Shown: positions 53,676-64,000 of the stretch, in pieces
Position numbering within the stretch: position 1 is the first letter of the stretch
Layout of the letters: each line of letters starts with the position of its first letter
DNA from: an uncultured Acidobacteriota bacterium
GTDB lineage: Bacteria; Acidobacteriota; Thermoanaerobaculia; Gp7-AA8
Assembly (NCBI GenBank): GCA_963822445.1
Contig: CAWGHO010000003.1
Coordinates: 1,216,001-1,280,000 of the forward strand
Direction of reading: 5' to 3'
Length of the DNA stretch: 64,000 nucleotides
Translations under genes and position numbers: made by a program
The notes under the pieces: generated by a model
The model's database searches: none
Told to the model about the DNA's origin: nothing
The model's input: the letters and a program-made list of their open reading frames with translations, nothing else

Positions 53676-55721
53676 TTACACGCGTGCCACGTCGACCATG
53701 TTGTCGTAAAACGTCGCCCCGCCGCCGATGTCCGTCAGAGCCTGCGAGGTGGTGTGGTTGGCGTTGGTCCCGTCCGTCAGCTTCGGCCACCAGACCGACG
53801 GCGCCGACACGACCCCCGGGCGCACGCGGTCGGTAATCACGGCCTCGGCCGTGAACGCGCCGCGACCATTGAAGATCGAGACTTTCACGCCGGCCTCGAT
53901 GCCACGGTTCTTCGCATCCTCGGCATGAATCTCCAGCGTCGGACGCCCGGCTGAGCGTCGCAAAGACGCGACGTTCACGAACGACGAATTCAGGAACTCG
54001 TGCGCCGGCGGGGAGATGAGCGCCAGCGGATAGCGGCTCACGAGCTCGGGGTCGCGTTCTTCCGATTCGTAAGGCGGCACGTATTCGGGCAACAGATCGA
54101 GTCCGTGCGCGACCGCGGCCTGCGACGCGATCTCGATCTTTCCACTCGGCGTCGGCAGACGCTCGCCGCGGCGGTAGGGCATGTGCGGTTTGCCGACGTC
54201 GAGCCGGATGGAGGCCTGCTCGCGCAGCTCCTCGAGCGTGAACGGCATGTTGCGCAGGGCCTGCCGCATCATCTCTTCATCGGAGTCACGCAGCGCCGGA
54301 TCGTCCAGGCCCATTCGCGCGGCAAGTCGGCGGAAAATCTCCGTGTTCGGAAGCGCCTCGCCCAGCGGCTCGATCGACCGCGCGTTGTACATCATGTAGA
54401 TGTGGCCATACGCGCGATGGAGATCCTCGTGTTCGAGCTGGGTTGTCGCCGGCAGCAACACGTCGGCGTAATCGGCGGTGTCGGTCTGGAAATGCTCGAG
54501 GACGACCGTGAACAGATCCTCGCGACGCAGGCCCGCGAGCACGTTCTCGCGGTCGGGCGCGATCGCACCGGGATTGGAGTTGTAGACCACGAGCGCCTTC
54601 ACCGGCGGGTCGTCGATCTTCGTCAGCGCCTCACCGAGACGGCTCATGTTGATCGTGCGCGTGCCGGCGGGCGAAAGATCGGCGCGATACAGCGCGCTGA
54701 AATCGACCTTGGAAAACGTCCCCGACGTTGACAGCAACGCGCCGCCGCCGAGGTCGTCCCAGGCTCCGGTCACGGCGGGAAGAATCGAGATCGCGCGCAC
54801 TGCCGAGCCGCCGCCGGCGTGCCGCTGCAGACCGTAGTTGAGGCGGATGAACGTCGGACGGGTCGTGCCGTATCGCCTGGCGAGATCCTCGATCGTCGCG
54901 GCCGGGATCCGGCAGATTTTCGCGACGCGCTCCGGCGCGTACTCGTTCATCACCCGATCGCGAAGGCCTTCCCAGCCGACGGTCATCTCGGCGAGATAGC
55001 CGAGGTCGGCGAGACCGTCGCGAAAGAGGACGTGCATGATCGACAGAGCCAGCGCCGCGTCGGTTCCCGGCCGGATGGCAATGTGCTCGTCGCAAGCGGC
55101 CGCGGTCCGCGTGCGAATCGGATCGATGGCGATCGTCTTGGCGCCGTTGGCCTTCGCCTGGCGGATGAATGGCCAGAGGTGCGGATTCGAAGTGAGCGTG
55201 TTCGTTCCCCAGAGCAGGATCAGACGCGCGTTGCCGACATCCTCGGGATTCGTCCCCATCCGCGTGCCGAAGGTCACATTCAACGCTTCGGCGCCGGCAG
55301 TCGCACAGATCGTGCGATCGAGCTTCGACGCGCCGAGGAGGTGGAAGAAGCGGCGGTCCATCGACTCGCTCTGCAGCAGGCCCATCGTCCCGGCGTATGA
55401 GTAGGGAAGGATCGACTGCGGCCCGAATTCGTCCGCGGTCGCGCGAAGGCGCGTCGCGATCAGATCGAGCGCTTCGTCCCAGGTCGCACGCCGGAACTTC
55501 CCTTCGCCTTTCGCACCGACGCGAATCTGTGGAAAGAGCAGCCGGTCGGAGTGATACGTGCGCTCGAGATACTTCGCGACCTTCGTGCAGAGAAAGCCTT
55601 GCGTGACGGGATGGTCGGGATCGCCCGCAATACGCACCGCACGTCCGTTCTCGACGGTGACGAGCATCGCGCAGGTGTCGGGGCAATCGTGCGGGCAGAC
55701 GGCGCGAACGACTTCAGCCAA
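53676..55721 (-). CDS. Molybdopterin-dependent oxidoreductase
   Basis: CPHDCPDTC...LC 4Fe-4S motif; C-terminal MoCo-binding domain. Confidence 0.93.
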   Translation of the reverse strand: MAEVVRAVCPHDCPDTCAMLVTVENGRAVRIAGDPDHPVTQGFLCTKVAKYLERTYHSDRLLFPQIRVGAKGEGKFRRATWDEALDLIATRLRATADEFGPQSILPYSYAGTMGLLQSESMDRRFFHLLGASKLDRTICATAGAEALNVTFGTRMGTNPEDVGNARLILLWGTNTLTSNPHLWPFIRQAKANGAKTIAIDPIRTRTAAACDEHIAIRPGTDAALALSIMHVLFRDGLADLGYLAEMTVGWEGLRDRVMNEYAPERVAKICRIPAATIEDLARRYGTTRPTFIRLNYGLQRHAGGGSAVRAISILPAVTGAWDDLGGGALLSTSGTFSKVDFSALYRADLSPAGTRTINMSRLGEALTKIDDPPVKALVVYNSNPGAIAPDRENVLAGLRREDLFTVVLEHFQTDTADYADVLLPATTQLEHEDLHRAYGHIYMMYNARSIEPLGEALPNTEIFRRLAARMGLDDPALRDSDEEMMRQALRNMPFTLEELREQASIRLDVGKPHMPYRRGERLPTPSGKIEIASQAAVAHGLDLLPEYVPPYESEERDPELVSRYPLALISPPAHEFLNSSFVNVASLRRSAGRPTLEIHAEDAKNRGIEAGVKVSIFNGRGAFTAEAVITDRVRPGVVSAPSVWWPKLTDGTNANHTTSQALTDIGGGATFYDNMVDVARV

Positions 55722-55727
55722 GCGCCG

Positions 55728-57023
55728 CTACTCCCTCTCCAGCACCATCGCCACGCCCATTCCGCCAGCGGCGCAAACGGTCAGGAGGCCGTACTGCTCG
55801 CCGGTCTTCTGCAGCTCGTTGCAGACGGTGGTCACGATGCGGGCGCCGGTCGCGCCGAAGGGATGGCCGAGGGCGATGGAGCCGCCGGTGCGGTTGATCT
55901 TTTCGGGATCGATGTCGCCGACCGGCTCGGTGCGCCCGAGTTTTTCCTGGGCGATCTTCTTCGAGCCGAGCCACTGGATGTTTGACAGCACCTGCGCCGC
56001 AAAAGCCTCGTGCATTTCGATGACGCCGATGTCGGACAGTTTTACTTTCGCCCGCTCGAGCGCGGTCGGCAGCGCGAAGACGGGGCCCTGCAGCAACTGA
56101 TCGAACGGATCGGTCGCGGCGTAAGCGTAGCTCTTGATGAATCCGATCGGCTTCAGACCCAGCGCCTTGGCCTTGTCCTCGGACATGAGCAGCACCGCGG
56201 ACGCGCCGTCGGTGAGTGGCGATGCGTTGCCGGCGGTGATCGTGCCGTACTTGCGATCGAAGACCGGCCGGAGTTTGGCGAGACTCTCCAGCGTCGTGTC
56301 GTCGCGCACGAGGTTGTCCTTCTCGACGATGTTCTCGAACTTCGGCGGGACGACGACGGTCATCACCTCATCTTTGAATCGGCCGCTCGCGTGCGCGGCG
56401 GCGGCGCGCTGATGGCTCTGCAGCGCGAGCTTGTCCTGCGCTTCGCGGGTGATGCCGTTGGCCTTGGCCATCTTCTCCGCGGACTCACCCATGGACAGGC
56501 CGGTGGTCGATTCGGCGATGGCCGGTGCGTCGGGAGCAAGGTCTTTCGGACGGATCTTCGAGAACGCGCCGAGCTTGCCGCCGACGCTTTTCTGTTTGCT
56601 TGCAGTGACGAGCGCTTCGCTGAAGTTCTTGGAGAAGAGGATGGGGACGTCGGACAGCGATTCCGCGCCGCCGGCGATGACCGTGTCGGCGTAACCGCGC
56701 GCAATCATGTCCGCGGCCGCGGTGATGGCCTGATTCGCCGACGCGCAGGCCTTGCCGACGGTGTACGCGGGGATCTTGCGCGGCAGGCCGGTGCCGAGAA
56801 CGACCTCGCGGGCGATGTTCGGCGCCTTGACCGACGGGATGACGTTGCCGAAGACGAGCTCCTGCACTTCGTTGGGGTCGATGCCCGAGCGCTGGACGAG
56901 CTCGGCGACGACGATCTTGCCGAGATCGAGGGCGGACAGATGCGCGTAATTCGTTCCCGATTTCGCGAAGGGAGTACGAAGGCCGGCGATCACTGCGACA
57001 CGGGGGACGTATTGCCAGGTCAT
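55728..57023 (-). CDS. fadI: Acetyl-CoA C-acyltransferase (FadI-like thiolase)
   Basis: RTPFAK, ACAS, MHEAFAAQ, GHPFGATG, CAAGG. Confidence 0.9.
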   Translation of the reverse strand: MTWQYVPRVAVIAGLRTPFAKSGTNYAHLSALDLGKIVVAELVQRSGIDPNEVQELVFGNVIPSVKAPNIAREVVLGTGLPRKIPAYTVGKACASANQAITAAADMIARGYADTVIAGGAESLSDVPILFSKNFSEALVTASKQKSVGGKLGAFSKIRPKDLAPDAPAIAESTTGLSMGESAEKMAKANGITREAQDKLALQSHQRAAAAHASGRFKDEVMTVVVPPKFENIVEKDNLVRDDTTLESLAKLRPVFDRKYGTITAGNASPLTDGASAVLLMSEDKAKALGLKPIGFIKSYAYAATDPFDQLLQGPVFALPTALERAKVKLSDIGVIEMHEAFAAQVLSNIQWLGSKKIAQEKLGRTEPVGDIDPEKINRTGGSIALGHPFGATGARIVTTVCNELQKTGEQYGLLTVCAAGGMGVAMVLERE

Positions 57024-57078
57024 GGAAACGGAGGTTATCAGGTTGTCAGGTCGTCGGGTTGTCGGGTAGCGTGACGCC

Positions 57079-58605
57079 ATGTCGTCAACGCTGCTCGAGG
57101 CGAATCCGCTCCGCGAGGGGCTGGAGCAGGAACGCGTTCCCGATGCCTCCTGCCTGGTGATTTTCGGGGCGTCGGGCGATCTCACCCAGCGCAAGCTCAT
57201 CCCGGCGTTGTATTCGCTCGCGCACGACGGGCTGCTGCCGCCGGGGCAGACCATCGTGGGGATGGCGCGCGCGGCACAGACGGATGAGGAGTTCCGCACG
57301 GCGATGCGAGCGGCATGTGAAAAGCACGCGCGGACGCGGCCGGTCGAGGATGCGATCTGGGATTCGTTCGCGCGCGGGCTGTTCTACGTTCCCGGCGAGT
57401 TCGGCGATCGCGCGGCTTATGGACGCCTGCGGGAGCGGCTCGAGGAATTCGATCGCACGCGCGGGACGGGCGGGCGGCGGCTCTACTACCTGGCCGTGCC
57501 GCCGGAGTTCTTCGACGACATCGCTCAACATCTAGCGGCCGAACAGATGGTCAATGATCCGGAGACGGCCAATCCGTACACCCGGGTGATCATCGAGAAG
57601 CCGTTCGGCCACGACCTCGCCTCGGCGCGCGATCTCAATCGCATTGCCGTCACCACCTTCCGCGAGCGCCAGGTCTTCCGCATCGACCACTACCTCGGCA
57701 AGGAGACCGTGCAGAACCTGCTCGTGCTCCGCTTCGCCAATGGCCTTTTCGAGCCGTTCTGGAACCGTCAATACATTGACCACGTCCAGTTCACCGTCGC
57801 GGAATCGATCGGTGTCGAGAAGCGCGGCAATTACTTCGACTCGGCCGGAATCGCGCGTGACATCATCCAGAACCATCTCCTGCAACTCGTGTCGCTGGTG
57901 GGCATGGAGCCGCCGGTGGCCTTCGAGGCCAACGCCGTGCGTGATGAGAAGGTGAAGGTGCTGCGCGCGCTTCGCCCGATCAAGGAAGCCGTTCGCGGGC
58001 AATATTCGGCCGGCTCGGTCCTCGGCGAGTTCGCGCCGCCGTATCGTGAAGAGGAGAAGGTCAATCCCGAATCGCGAACGGAAACCTTCGCCTCGATCAA
58101 GGTCTTCGTCGACAACTGGCGCTGGGCGGAGGTGCCGTTTTACATCCGCGCGGGGAAGCGTCTGCCGAAGCGGGTCACGGACATCTCCATCCATTTCCGC
58201 CCCGCGCCGTACCCGCTCTTCAGCCACCTCGGCGTGAAGACGCAGCCGAACGTGCTGGCCATCCGCATTCAGCCGGACGAAGGCATTTCGCTGAAGTTCG
58301 ACTCGAAGCTGCCGGGGCCGACGATCCGCACCGCGCCGGTGACGATGGAGTTCCGCTACGCGACGTCGTTCGGTGCCGAGCCGCCCGAGGCTTATGAGCG
58401 GCTGCTGCTGGAGACGATGCTGGGGGACGCGACGCTCTTCGCGCGGCGCGACGAGATCGAGACGGCGTGGGAGTGGCTCGATCCGCTACTGAAGCGATGG
58501 GCGAGCGACCCCGCGGCGCCGGAGTTGTATCCCTCGGGCACGTGGGGGCCTGACTCGGCGGACGAGATGATCGAACGGGACGGACGCAAATGGCGAAGGC
58601 CCTGA
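57079..58605 (+). CDS. zwf: Glucose-6-phosphate dehydrogenase
   Basis: GASGDLT, EKPFG, RIDHYLGKE. Confidence 0.98.
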   Translation: MSSTLLEANPLREGLEQERVPDASCLVIFGASGDLTQRKLIPALYSLAHDGLLPPGQTIVGMARAAQTDEEFRTAMRAACEKHARTRPVEDAIWDSFARGLFYVPGEFGDRAAYGRLRERLEEFDRTRGTGGRRLYYLAVPPEFFDDIAQHLAAEQMVNDPETANPYTRVIIEKPFGHDLASARDLNRIAVTTFRERQVFRIDHYLGKETVQNLLVLRFANGLFEPFWNRQYIDHVQFTVAESIGVEKRGNYFDSAGIARDIIQNHLLQLVSLVGMEPPVAFEANAVRDEKVKVLRALRPIKEAVRGQYSAGSVLGEFAPPYREEEKVNPESRTETFASIKVFVDNWRWAEVPFYIRAGKRLPKRVTDISIHFRPAPYPLFSHLGVKTQPNVLAIRIQPDEGISLKFDSKLPGPTIRTAPVTMEFRYATSFGAEPPEAYERLLLETMLGDATLFARRDEIETAWEWLDPLLKRWASDPAAPELYPSGTWGPDSADEMIERDGRKWRRP

Positions 58606-59588
58606 ACGGCGACGACGTCCGCGTCAACGCGCACACGATCGAGAAGCGGCTCGCCGACATCTGGCGCGAGGAGCAGGAAGGCGACGAGGGGAGCGAGCGC
58701 GCGGTCACGCGCGCGGCGCTTTGGAACGTCATCGCGCACACGTGGAACGGTGACGAGCAGGCCCGCGCATCCTCCGTGCTCGGCCGCGCGAGCGCGTCCG
58801 TGCCGCAGCGCACCATCGTCATTCGCGCGGATCCGCGCGGCGAAGGGGAGATGGCCTCCTGGATCTCCGCGAACTGCCATCTCATCGGCGGCGGCGGGCA
58901 GCAGGTCTGTTCCGAGGAAGTGTCGATCATCGCGTCCGGCGATCGCATGCAGCACGTGCCTCCGCTGGTCGCGTCGCTGCTGCTGCCGGACATGCCGGTG
59001 GCGGTGTGGTGGATCGGCGATCTGCCTCGCGATCATCACGAGTACGTGGAAACCCTCCTGGAGCCGGCGGACCGGCTCATCGTCGACTCCTCGCAGTTCG
59101 ACAGCGCCGCGGATTTCGATCTGATCTGCCGCATCGGTGAAGAGACCACGACCGCGCCGGCCGATCTGAGCTGGGCGCGCATCGAAGAGTGGCGCGGCGC
59201 GACGGCGATGATCTTCGATCCGGCCTCGATGCGCCCGAGGTTGCGGACGATCGCCCGGGTGCGGGTCGAGAGCGGCTCGCGGTCCGAGGCGGTGCTGTAT
59301 CTCGCGTGGATGCGCGCACAACTCGGTGCGGACGTGCCGTTCGAATTGGTGAAAAGCGATGAGCGAAGCATCGTTGCCGTGGAGATCCATTTCGACGATG
59401 GCCATGTCGCCCGGATTCACAGCGAGCGCGAGCGAGGCGTGGTCGTCGGCAACATCGACGGATCGTTCGAATGCATCACCCGCGCGCTTGGGCGGGGCGA
59501 GGAAGACCTGATCGTCCGTCTGCTGAAGCGGCCGGAGGCGGATCGCGTTTACATCAAGACGCTGCGCCGCGTCCGCGAGATCGCATGA
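58590..59588 (+). CDS. opcA: G6PD assembly protein OpcA
   Basis: VCSEEV, SLLLPDMPVAVWW, DRLIVDS, DLSWAR; follows zwf. Confidence 0.9.
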   Translation: MAKALNGDDVRVNAHTIEKRLADIWREEQEGDEGSERAVTRAALWNVIAHTWNGDEQARASSVLGRASASVPQRTIVIRADPRGEGEMASWISANCHLIGGGGQQVCSEEVSIIASGDRMQHVPPLVASLLLPDMPVAVWWIGDLPRDHHEYVETLLEPADRLIVDSSQFDSAADFDLICRIGEETTTAPADLSWARIEEWRGATAMIFDPASMRPRLRTIARVRVESGSRSEAVLYLAWMRAQLGADVPFELVKSDERSIVAVEIHFDDGHVARIHSERERGVVVGNIDGSFECITRALGRGEEDLIVRLLKRPEADRVYIKTLRRVREIA

Positions 59589-60220
59589 ACATCCGGCGCT
59601 TCGATTCGATGGACGATCTCACCCGCGCCGCCGCGCGGACGATTTTCCAGCGCGATCACCGAAGCGTGGCGATCTCCGGCGGCTCGACTCCGATCCCGCT
59701 GTACGAGCTACTCAGCAAAGAACTTCGCGCGGAGGATCCGATCGACTGGGTCCTCGTCGACGAGCGCTACGTGCCCAAAAGCGATCCGCAATCGAACGCG
59801 GCGATGATCGAGCGGACGCTGTTCGCGAACGGCATTCCGCAGACGCATCGCTGGCTGCATTTCGATACGTCGCTGAACGATCCCGCGGCGTCGGCGAGAT
59901 TGTTCGAATCGCAATGGGACATCGAGCAGCTGGACATCGTCTGCCTCGGCATCGGCGACGATGGACACACCGCCTCGCTCTTTCCGGGAACGCCGGTGCT
60001 CGACGTCGAGGATCGCATCGCCAGCGAGGTGTTCGTTCCGCGGCTCGATCAGTGGAGGGTGACGCTCACGAAGCCGGTGATTCGCGCGGCGAAGCTGCGG
60101 ATCGTCCTCGTGGCGGGAGAGTCAAAAGCGAAGATCATCGATGAGGTGCGGCTCGGCGAGCCGCACCCCATCGCGTTGGTTACGCAGGGCGTGGAAACGT
60201 GGTGGTTCGTTACTGACTAG
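59585..60220 (+). CDS. pgl: 6-phosphogluconolactonase
   Basis: SGGSTP, DERYVP, LGIGDDGHTASLFP. Confidence 0.95.
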   Translation: MNIRRFDSMDDLTRAAARTIFQRDHRSVAISGGSTPIPLYELLSKELRAEDPIDWVLVDERYVPKSDPQSNAAMIERTLFANGIPQTHRWLHFDTSLNDPAASARLFESQWDIEQLDIVCLGIGDDGHTASLFPGTPVLDVEDRIASEVFVPRLDQWRVTLTKPVIRAAKLRIVLVAGESKAKIIDEVRLGEPHPIALVTQGVETWWFVTD

Positions 60221-63200
60221 GCACGTACGTCGGATCCTCGGTGCGATTGTCGACCACCGATCCATATCCGGCGATGCGTCCGCTGCCCGAGATGACGCGT
60301 AGCGTGATCCGGCCGTTGTAAACGTTGGTGTAGCCGGCCGACTTGAAGACGCGGCCGATCTGCATGAACTCCCCGCCGGCGAGATCGAACTCGAGGACGC
60401 CGGTCTCCTTCGCGTCGGGCGTGCGCATGGTCATCTCGACGCGAATGGGATTACCGGTGACTTCGACGAGGCCGACGTTCGAGCGGAAGCTGGCCGAGTC
60501 TTCGAGCTGCAGGATCTCCAGACCTCGCTCGTTGAGGCCGACGGCGTCGGTCGCGGTGACGGCGGGGATGAACTGACCGTACGTGCCGCCGTCCGCTTCA
60601 CGGCTGAAGGTGCGGGCGGTGGCGACGAGCGGCGCGGCGTTCGGCGTCGTCACAGTGACGGCACCGCCCGTTGCGTTGAGCGTCCAGAGCGACGGCAGCA
60701 CGTTGTCGATCGCCAGGACCTGCCCCGCGCCGATGGTGCGATTGACCGAGGCCGGCACGGCGGTCGCGTCGCCGCGCTGCGGTTTGTAATCGAGCGTGAC
60801 CGTGATCGGGTTCGCGCTCGGATTGAAGAGACGCATGTCGGTGTGGAAGTTCGAGCCCGCGTTCAGTTCGGCCACGCCGGGAACGACGTAGCGCGTCGCG
60901 GACAGGCGGCCGGCCTGCACGGGGAAGACCAGCAGCGGATCGGTGGTGTTGCTGTCGAGCACCGACGCATACGCGGTGACCTTGCCGCTCGATGACGTGA
61001 CCGTGACTTCGACGCGTCCGTCGCCGATGGTGACGTCGTTGCCGAAGACGCCGGCGAAGCCAAGCTGGCGATGCTCGTACGGACTGAGGCTGAAGGGAAC
61101 GCTCTTCACCACCGTGCCGGCGGCGTCGAGCAGTTTCACGAGCATGTCCGCGGGCGCGCCCGAGCCTTCGGTGAAGCCCATGTTGGTGCGATAGCGATCG
61201 TTGTGCGCGATCTGCTGCAGGCTGATGCGCGACAGCGAGTCCTTCGAGAAGTCGCTGATGAAGCCCGACAGCGGAAGGGCGGGGATGAACTGGCCGAGCG
61301 TGCCGGTGCTGCTGATCGCGTATGTCCGGCTCGACGCGACGGTCGACAGCGCATTCGGCGCGCCGCCGCTGGCGAGCTTGATCGGGCGGATCTCGAGCGT
61401 GCCCAGTCCGATCTCGCCGAGGACGCCGGCGCCGAACCAGGTCTTTACGACGTCGTCGAGACCCTTCGTCTCATTCGAGCCGATGACCAACGTCGTCTTC
61501 TTGCCGGTTGTCGTTCCATTCGAGGCGGACGGCGTGAAGGAGATGTCGTACGTGATCGCCTCGCCGGCGGCGTTGGCGATGCGGATGTCGGACTGGAAGC
61601 GCGTGCCGATTCCGTCGGCGTGCGCGATCGCCGGGATGAGCAGCGTGCCGTCGGGGGCGCTGGTATTGCGCGGTGTGGGCGACACTGGCGTGACGAGACT
61701 GATCGAGAACGGCAGGGACGAAGTGGTCGTGCCGTGCACGGAGATTTTGCCGGCCGTGCCGTTGACGCGCGAGACGGTGATCGTGCCAGTGGTCGAGCCG
61801 ACCGGCAGTCCGGTCGGGTTGATGGTCAACTGGATGGTCGTGCCGCCGGCGGAGAGCGCACCTGAAGCCGGGAAGGGGCTGATCCAGGGGACGTCGGCGC
61901 TGATGCTGAACGTGTCGGCGTTCGTCGCGGTCTCGCCGAAGCCGGGCACGAGATAGTCCTGAACGAACGGCGTCGTCGTCCCTTCGGGGATGCCGACGAC
62001 GAACTCGGTGCTGTTCGCCGGCTGCGGCACGGTGATGAGCGTGTCGGCCGCGTTCGAGTAAGCGCTCATCTGGCCGTTGCAGGCGGAGATGGCGCGCACG
62101 CGATAGTAGAGGCGCGTGTCGGTGGTGATGCCGGTGTGCGCCGGAATGTTGGCCTTCAGCGCCCCGGCCACGACGGTCGTCGCGGCGCCGATGAAGTCGG
62201 GGTTGTTCGCTTCCTGCAGCTCGAAGGTGAACGAGGCCGCGACATTGCCGGTCCAGGAGACTTCGTACGCCTGCGAGCGTGGCGAAACGGGCGGCGCCGA
62301 AATGACCGGCACCTCGACCGTGGGACAGATCACGGTGATCGTCGCGGTGTTGCTGTTCGCGCTGCCGCAGGTGTTCGTCGCTTTCGCCCAATACTTGAAT
62401 GTGCCCGCGGTCTGGAACGGACCCGGTTCGTAAGCCGGAGACGTCGCGCCCAGGATCGGCTTGGTCGAATCGCCGGAATCGCCTTCGTACCACTGGAAAG
62501 TGATGGTCGCGTCGCCGGACGCGGAGACGTGCAGAAGAGCCTTCGATCCGAGGGAGACGTCGGCGCTGGCGGGCTGATTGGAGATCGTCGGCGGAACGCA
62601 TTGCGAGCCAACGGTAATCACCGCGGCATCGCTGTCATCGGATCCGCAGGCGTTGGTGACGCGGACCCAGTAGGTCGTGGTCGCGTTCAGCGCCGGAGTC
62701 TTGAACTGAGTCGAGTTGGTTCCGACTTTCGTCGTGGTGATGCCGCGCTCGCCCTGGTACCAGGCGAAGGTCAGCGGACTGGTGCCGGTCGCCGCGGCCA
62801 GTAAGGTCACGGTATTGCCGGGCTGAATGCGCTGGCTCTGCGGATGGGTGCTGATCTCGGCGTCGGTGCACTCCGTCGGAGTGACCGTCACGGTGTTGCT
62901 GCTTGCGGTTCCGCACTCGTTGGTGACCTTGACCCAGTACTGGTGCTCGGTGGTGATGTTCGGAGTCTGGAAGGTGGACTGGTTGGTGCCGACCGGCGAA
63001 TTGGTCTGGCCCGTTGCGCCTTCGTACCACTGGTAGGTGCGCGGCGTGCTGCCGGTGGCGTTCGCGGTGAGGGTGGTCCTGTTGCCGTACGTGACCGTGC
63101 CTCCGCCGGTGACGCTGGTGATGCCCGGCGCGCTGCACGCCAGCCCCGCTCCATAAACCTCGGTCGCCGCGTCGATGTCCCAGTTGCGCAGAGTCGCGCC

Positions 63201-64000
63201 CTGGGTGTTCGGCGGGGCGCTGTGCATGATCGCGTCTGTCGTTTTCGGCTCGGCGTCATTCGAGTGGCGCAGGCCGAGGCAGTGGCCGATCTCGTGGGCC
63301 ATGTACGAGGCGAAGGTGAGCGGCCCATACGAGCCCGGACGGAAGAGAACGTCCCCGTCGATGATGCTGTAGAACTGCTCGCCGTCGAACGTGTGCACGT
63401 CGGTGGTGGCCCAGGCGATGCCGCAGGCGATCGCGCCGTCGCAGGTGCCGATCGGCGAGGAAGAGTTGTTGTCGAACATCAACGCGTTGATGCCGTCGGG
63501 CGTGGACGTGGTGACCCCGGTCGGGCCGGCCAGGTTCAACGCGAGATAAGGCGCGGCGCCGTCCCAGGCGCCGAGGGCGGATTCGACTCCGCTGAGGGTA
63601 TCGGCGACGCCGTCCTGACTGTCGTTGACCACGAAGTTGATGTTGCAGATCGGAGTGCCGTCGCACGGCCAGCGGACCGGGCGCCGCGGGGGCGTGCCGG
63701 GCGGGTCGGCGGTGGTGGTGTAGGAGGAGGCGAGGGCGTTGGTTTCCGGAGAAAACCGCGCGTGCGACACGGGCATCGGCAGGGGCGGAGCGGTGGTCTT
63801 GCCGAGAACGAAGTCGATGACGTCGTTCACAGGGAACATCGTGGAGTCGCCGTCGTTCGTGCGGACGAGCATGTCCTTGCCGCCCTCACGAACGAAGCGG
63901 AGCGCACCAGCGGACATGTAGGTGGTGAAGTACGTTCCGTCGCCGCGCGCCCGGAGGAAGGCCAGCACGCGTGAGCCCGGCTGGTACGCCGGCGCGCCGG
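60210..64000 (-). CDS. Large matrixin-like zinc metalloprotease with Ig-like repeats (5' end outside window)
   Basis: HEIGHCLGLRH + AIM Met-turn; three YQWY/YWVxVTNxCG Ig repeats; duplicated C-terminal beta modules. Confidence 0.88.
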   Translation of the reverse strand, partial: GAPAYQPGSRVLAFLRARGDGTYFTTYMSAGALRFVREGGKDMLVRTNDGDSTMFPVNDVIDFVLGKTTAPPLPMPVSHARFSPETNALASSYTTTADPPGTPPRRPVRWPCDGTPICNINFVVNDSQDGVADTLSGVESALGAWDGAAPYLALNLAGPTGVTTSTPDGINALMFDNNSSSPIGTCDGAIACGIAWATTDVHTFDGEQFYSIIDGDVLFRPGSYGPLTFASYMAHEIGHCLGLRHSNDAEPKTTDAIMHSAPPNTQGATLRNWDIDAATEVYGAGLACSAPGITSVTGGGTVTYGNRTTLTANATGSTPRTYQWYEGATGQTNSPVGTNQSTFQTPNITTEHQYWVKVTNECGTASSNTVTVTPTECTDAEISTHPQSQRIQPGNTVTLLAAATGTSPLTFAWYQGERGITTTKVGTNSTQFKTPALNATTTYWVRVTNACGSDDSDAAVITVGSQCVPPTISNQPASADVSLGSKALLHVSASGDATITFQWYEGDSGDSTKPILGATSPAYEPGPFQTAGTFKYWAKATNTCGSANSNTATITVICPTVEVPVISAPPVSPRSQAYEVSWTGNVAASFTFELQEANNPDFIGAATTVVAGALKANIPAHTGITTDTRLYYRVRAISACNGQMSAYSNAADTLITVPQPANSTEFVVGIPEGTTTPFVQDYLVPGFGETATNADTFSISADVPWISPFPASGALSAGGTTIQLTINPTGLPVGSTTGTITVSRVNGTAGKISVHGTTTSSLPFSISLVTPVSPTPRNTSAPDGTLLIPAIAHADGIGTRFQSDIRIANAAGEAITYDISFTPSASNGTTTGKKTTLVIGSNETKGLDDVVKTWFGAGVLGEIGLGTLEIRPIKLASGGAPNALSTVASSRTYAISSTGTLGQFIPALPLSGFISDFSKDSLSRISLQQIAHNDRYRTNMGFTEGSGAPADMLVKLLDAAGTVVKSVPFSLSPYEHRQLGFAGVFGNDVTIGDGRVEVTVTSSSGKVTAYASVLDSNTTDPLLVFPVQAGRLSATRYVVPGVAELNAGSNFHTDMRLFNPSANPITVTLDYKPQRGDATAVPASVNRTIGAGQVLAIDNVLPSLWTLNATGGAVTVTTPNAAPLVATARTFSREADGGTYGQFIPAVTATDAVGLNERGLEILQLEDSASFRSNVGLVEVTGNPIRVEMTMRTPDAKETGVLEFDLAGGEFMQIGRVFKSAGYTNVYNGRITLRVISGSGRIAGYGSVVDNRTEDPTYVPSQ

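Overview
High-GC bacterial window; gene content and style suggest Acidobacteriota (Thermoanaerobaculia-like), which is inference only. From left to right it holds: (1) a two-component/EAL signalling block; (2) a 4.88-kb segment bounded by a 45-bp direct repeat of the prs promoter/5' end, carrying a multi-PAS kinase and an ethylene-receptor-like hybrid kinase; (3) prs-rplY; (4) an AhpD/CMD-family protein with an in-frame UGA (CxxU) and a SECIS-like hairpin; (5) a ~12.6-kb double RiPP locus with two precursor ORFs missing from the ORF track, namely a Cys-rich radical SAM/SPASM substrate (15664-15843) and a lasso precursor (23476-23607), each module with its own PqqD/RRE, HPr-kinase-like protein and nucleotidyltransferase; (6) dnaE2 preceded by a four-helix-bundle gene enclosed in inverted tandem heptamer repeats; (7) an ECF sigma/anti-sigma/CHAT protease/caspase module; (8) imuA-imuB; (9) zapA-6S RNA-rny-ymdB; (10) housekeeping genes including zwf-opcA-pgl; (11) a large Ig-repeat metalloprotease running off the right end. 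Several single-base frameshifts, one of them in rny, suggest assembly indel errors.
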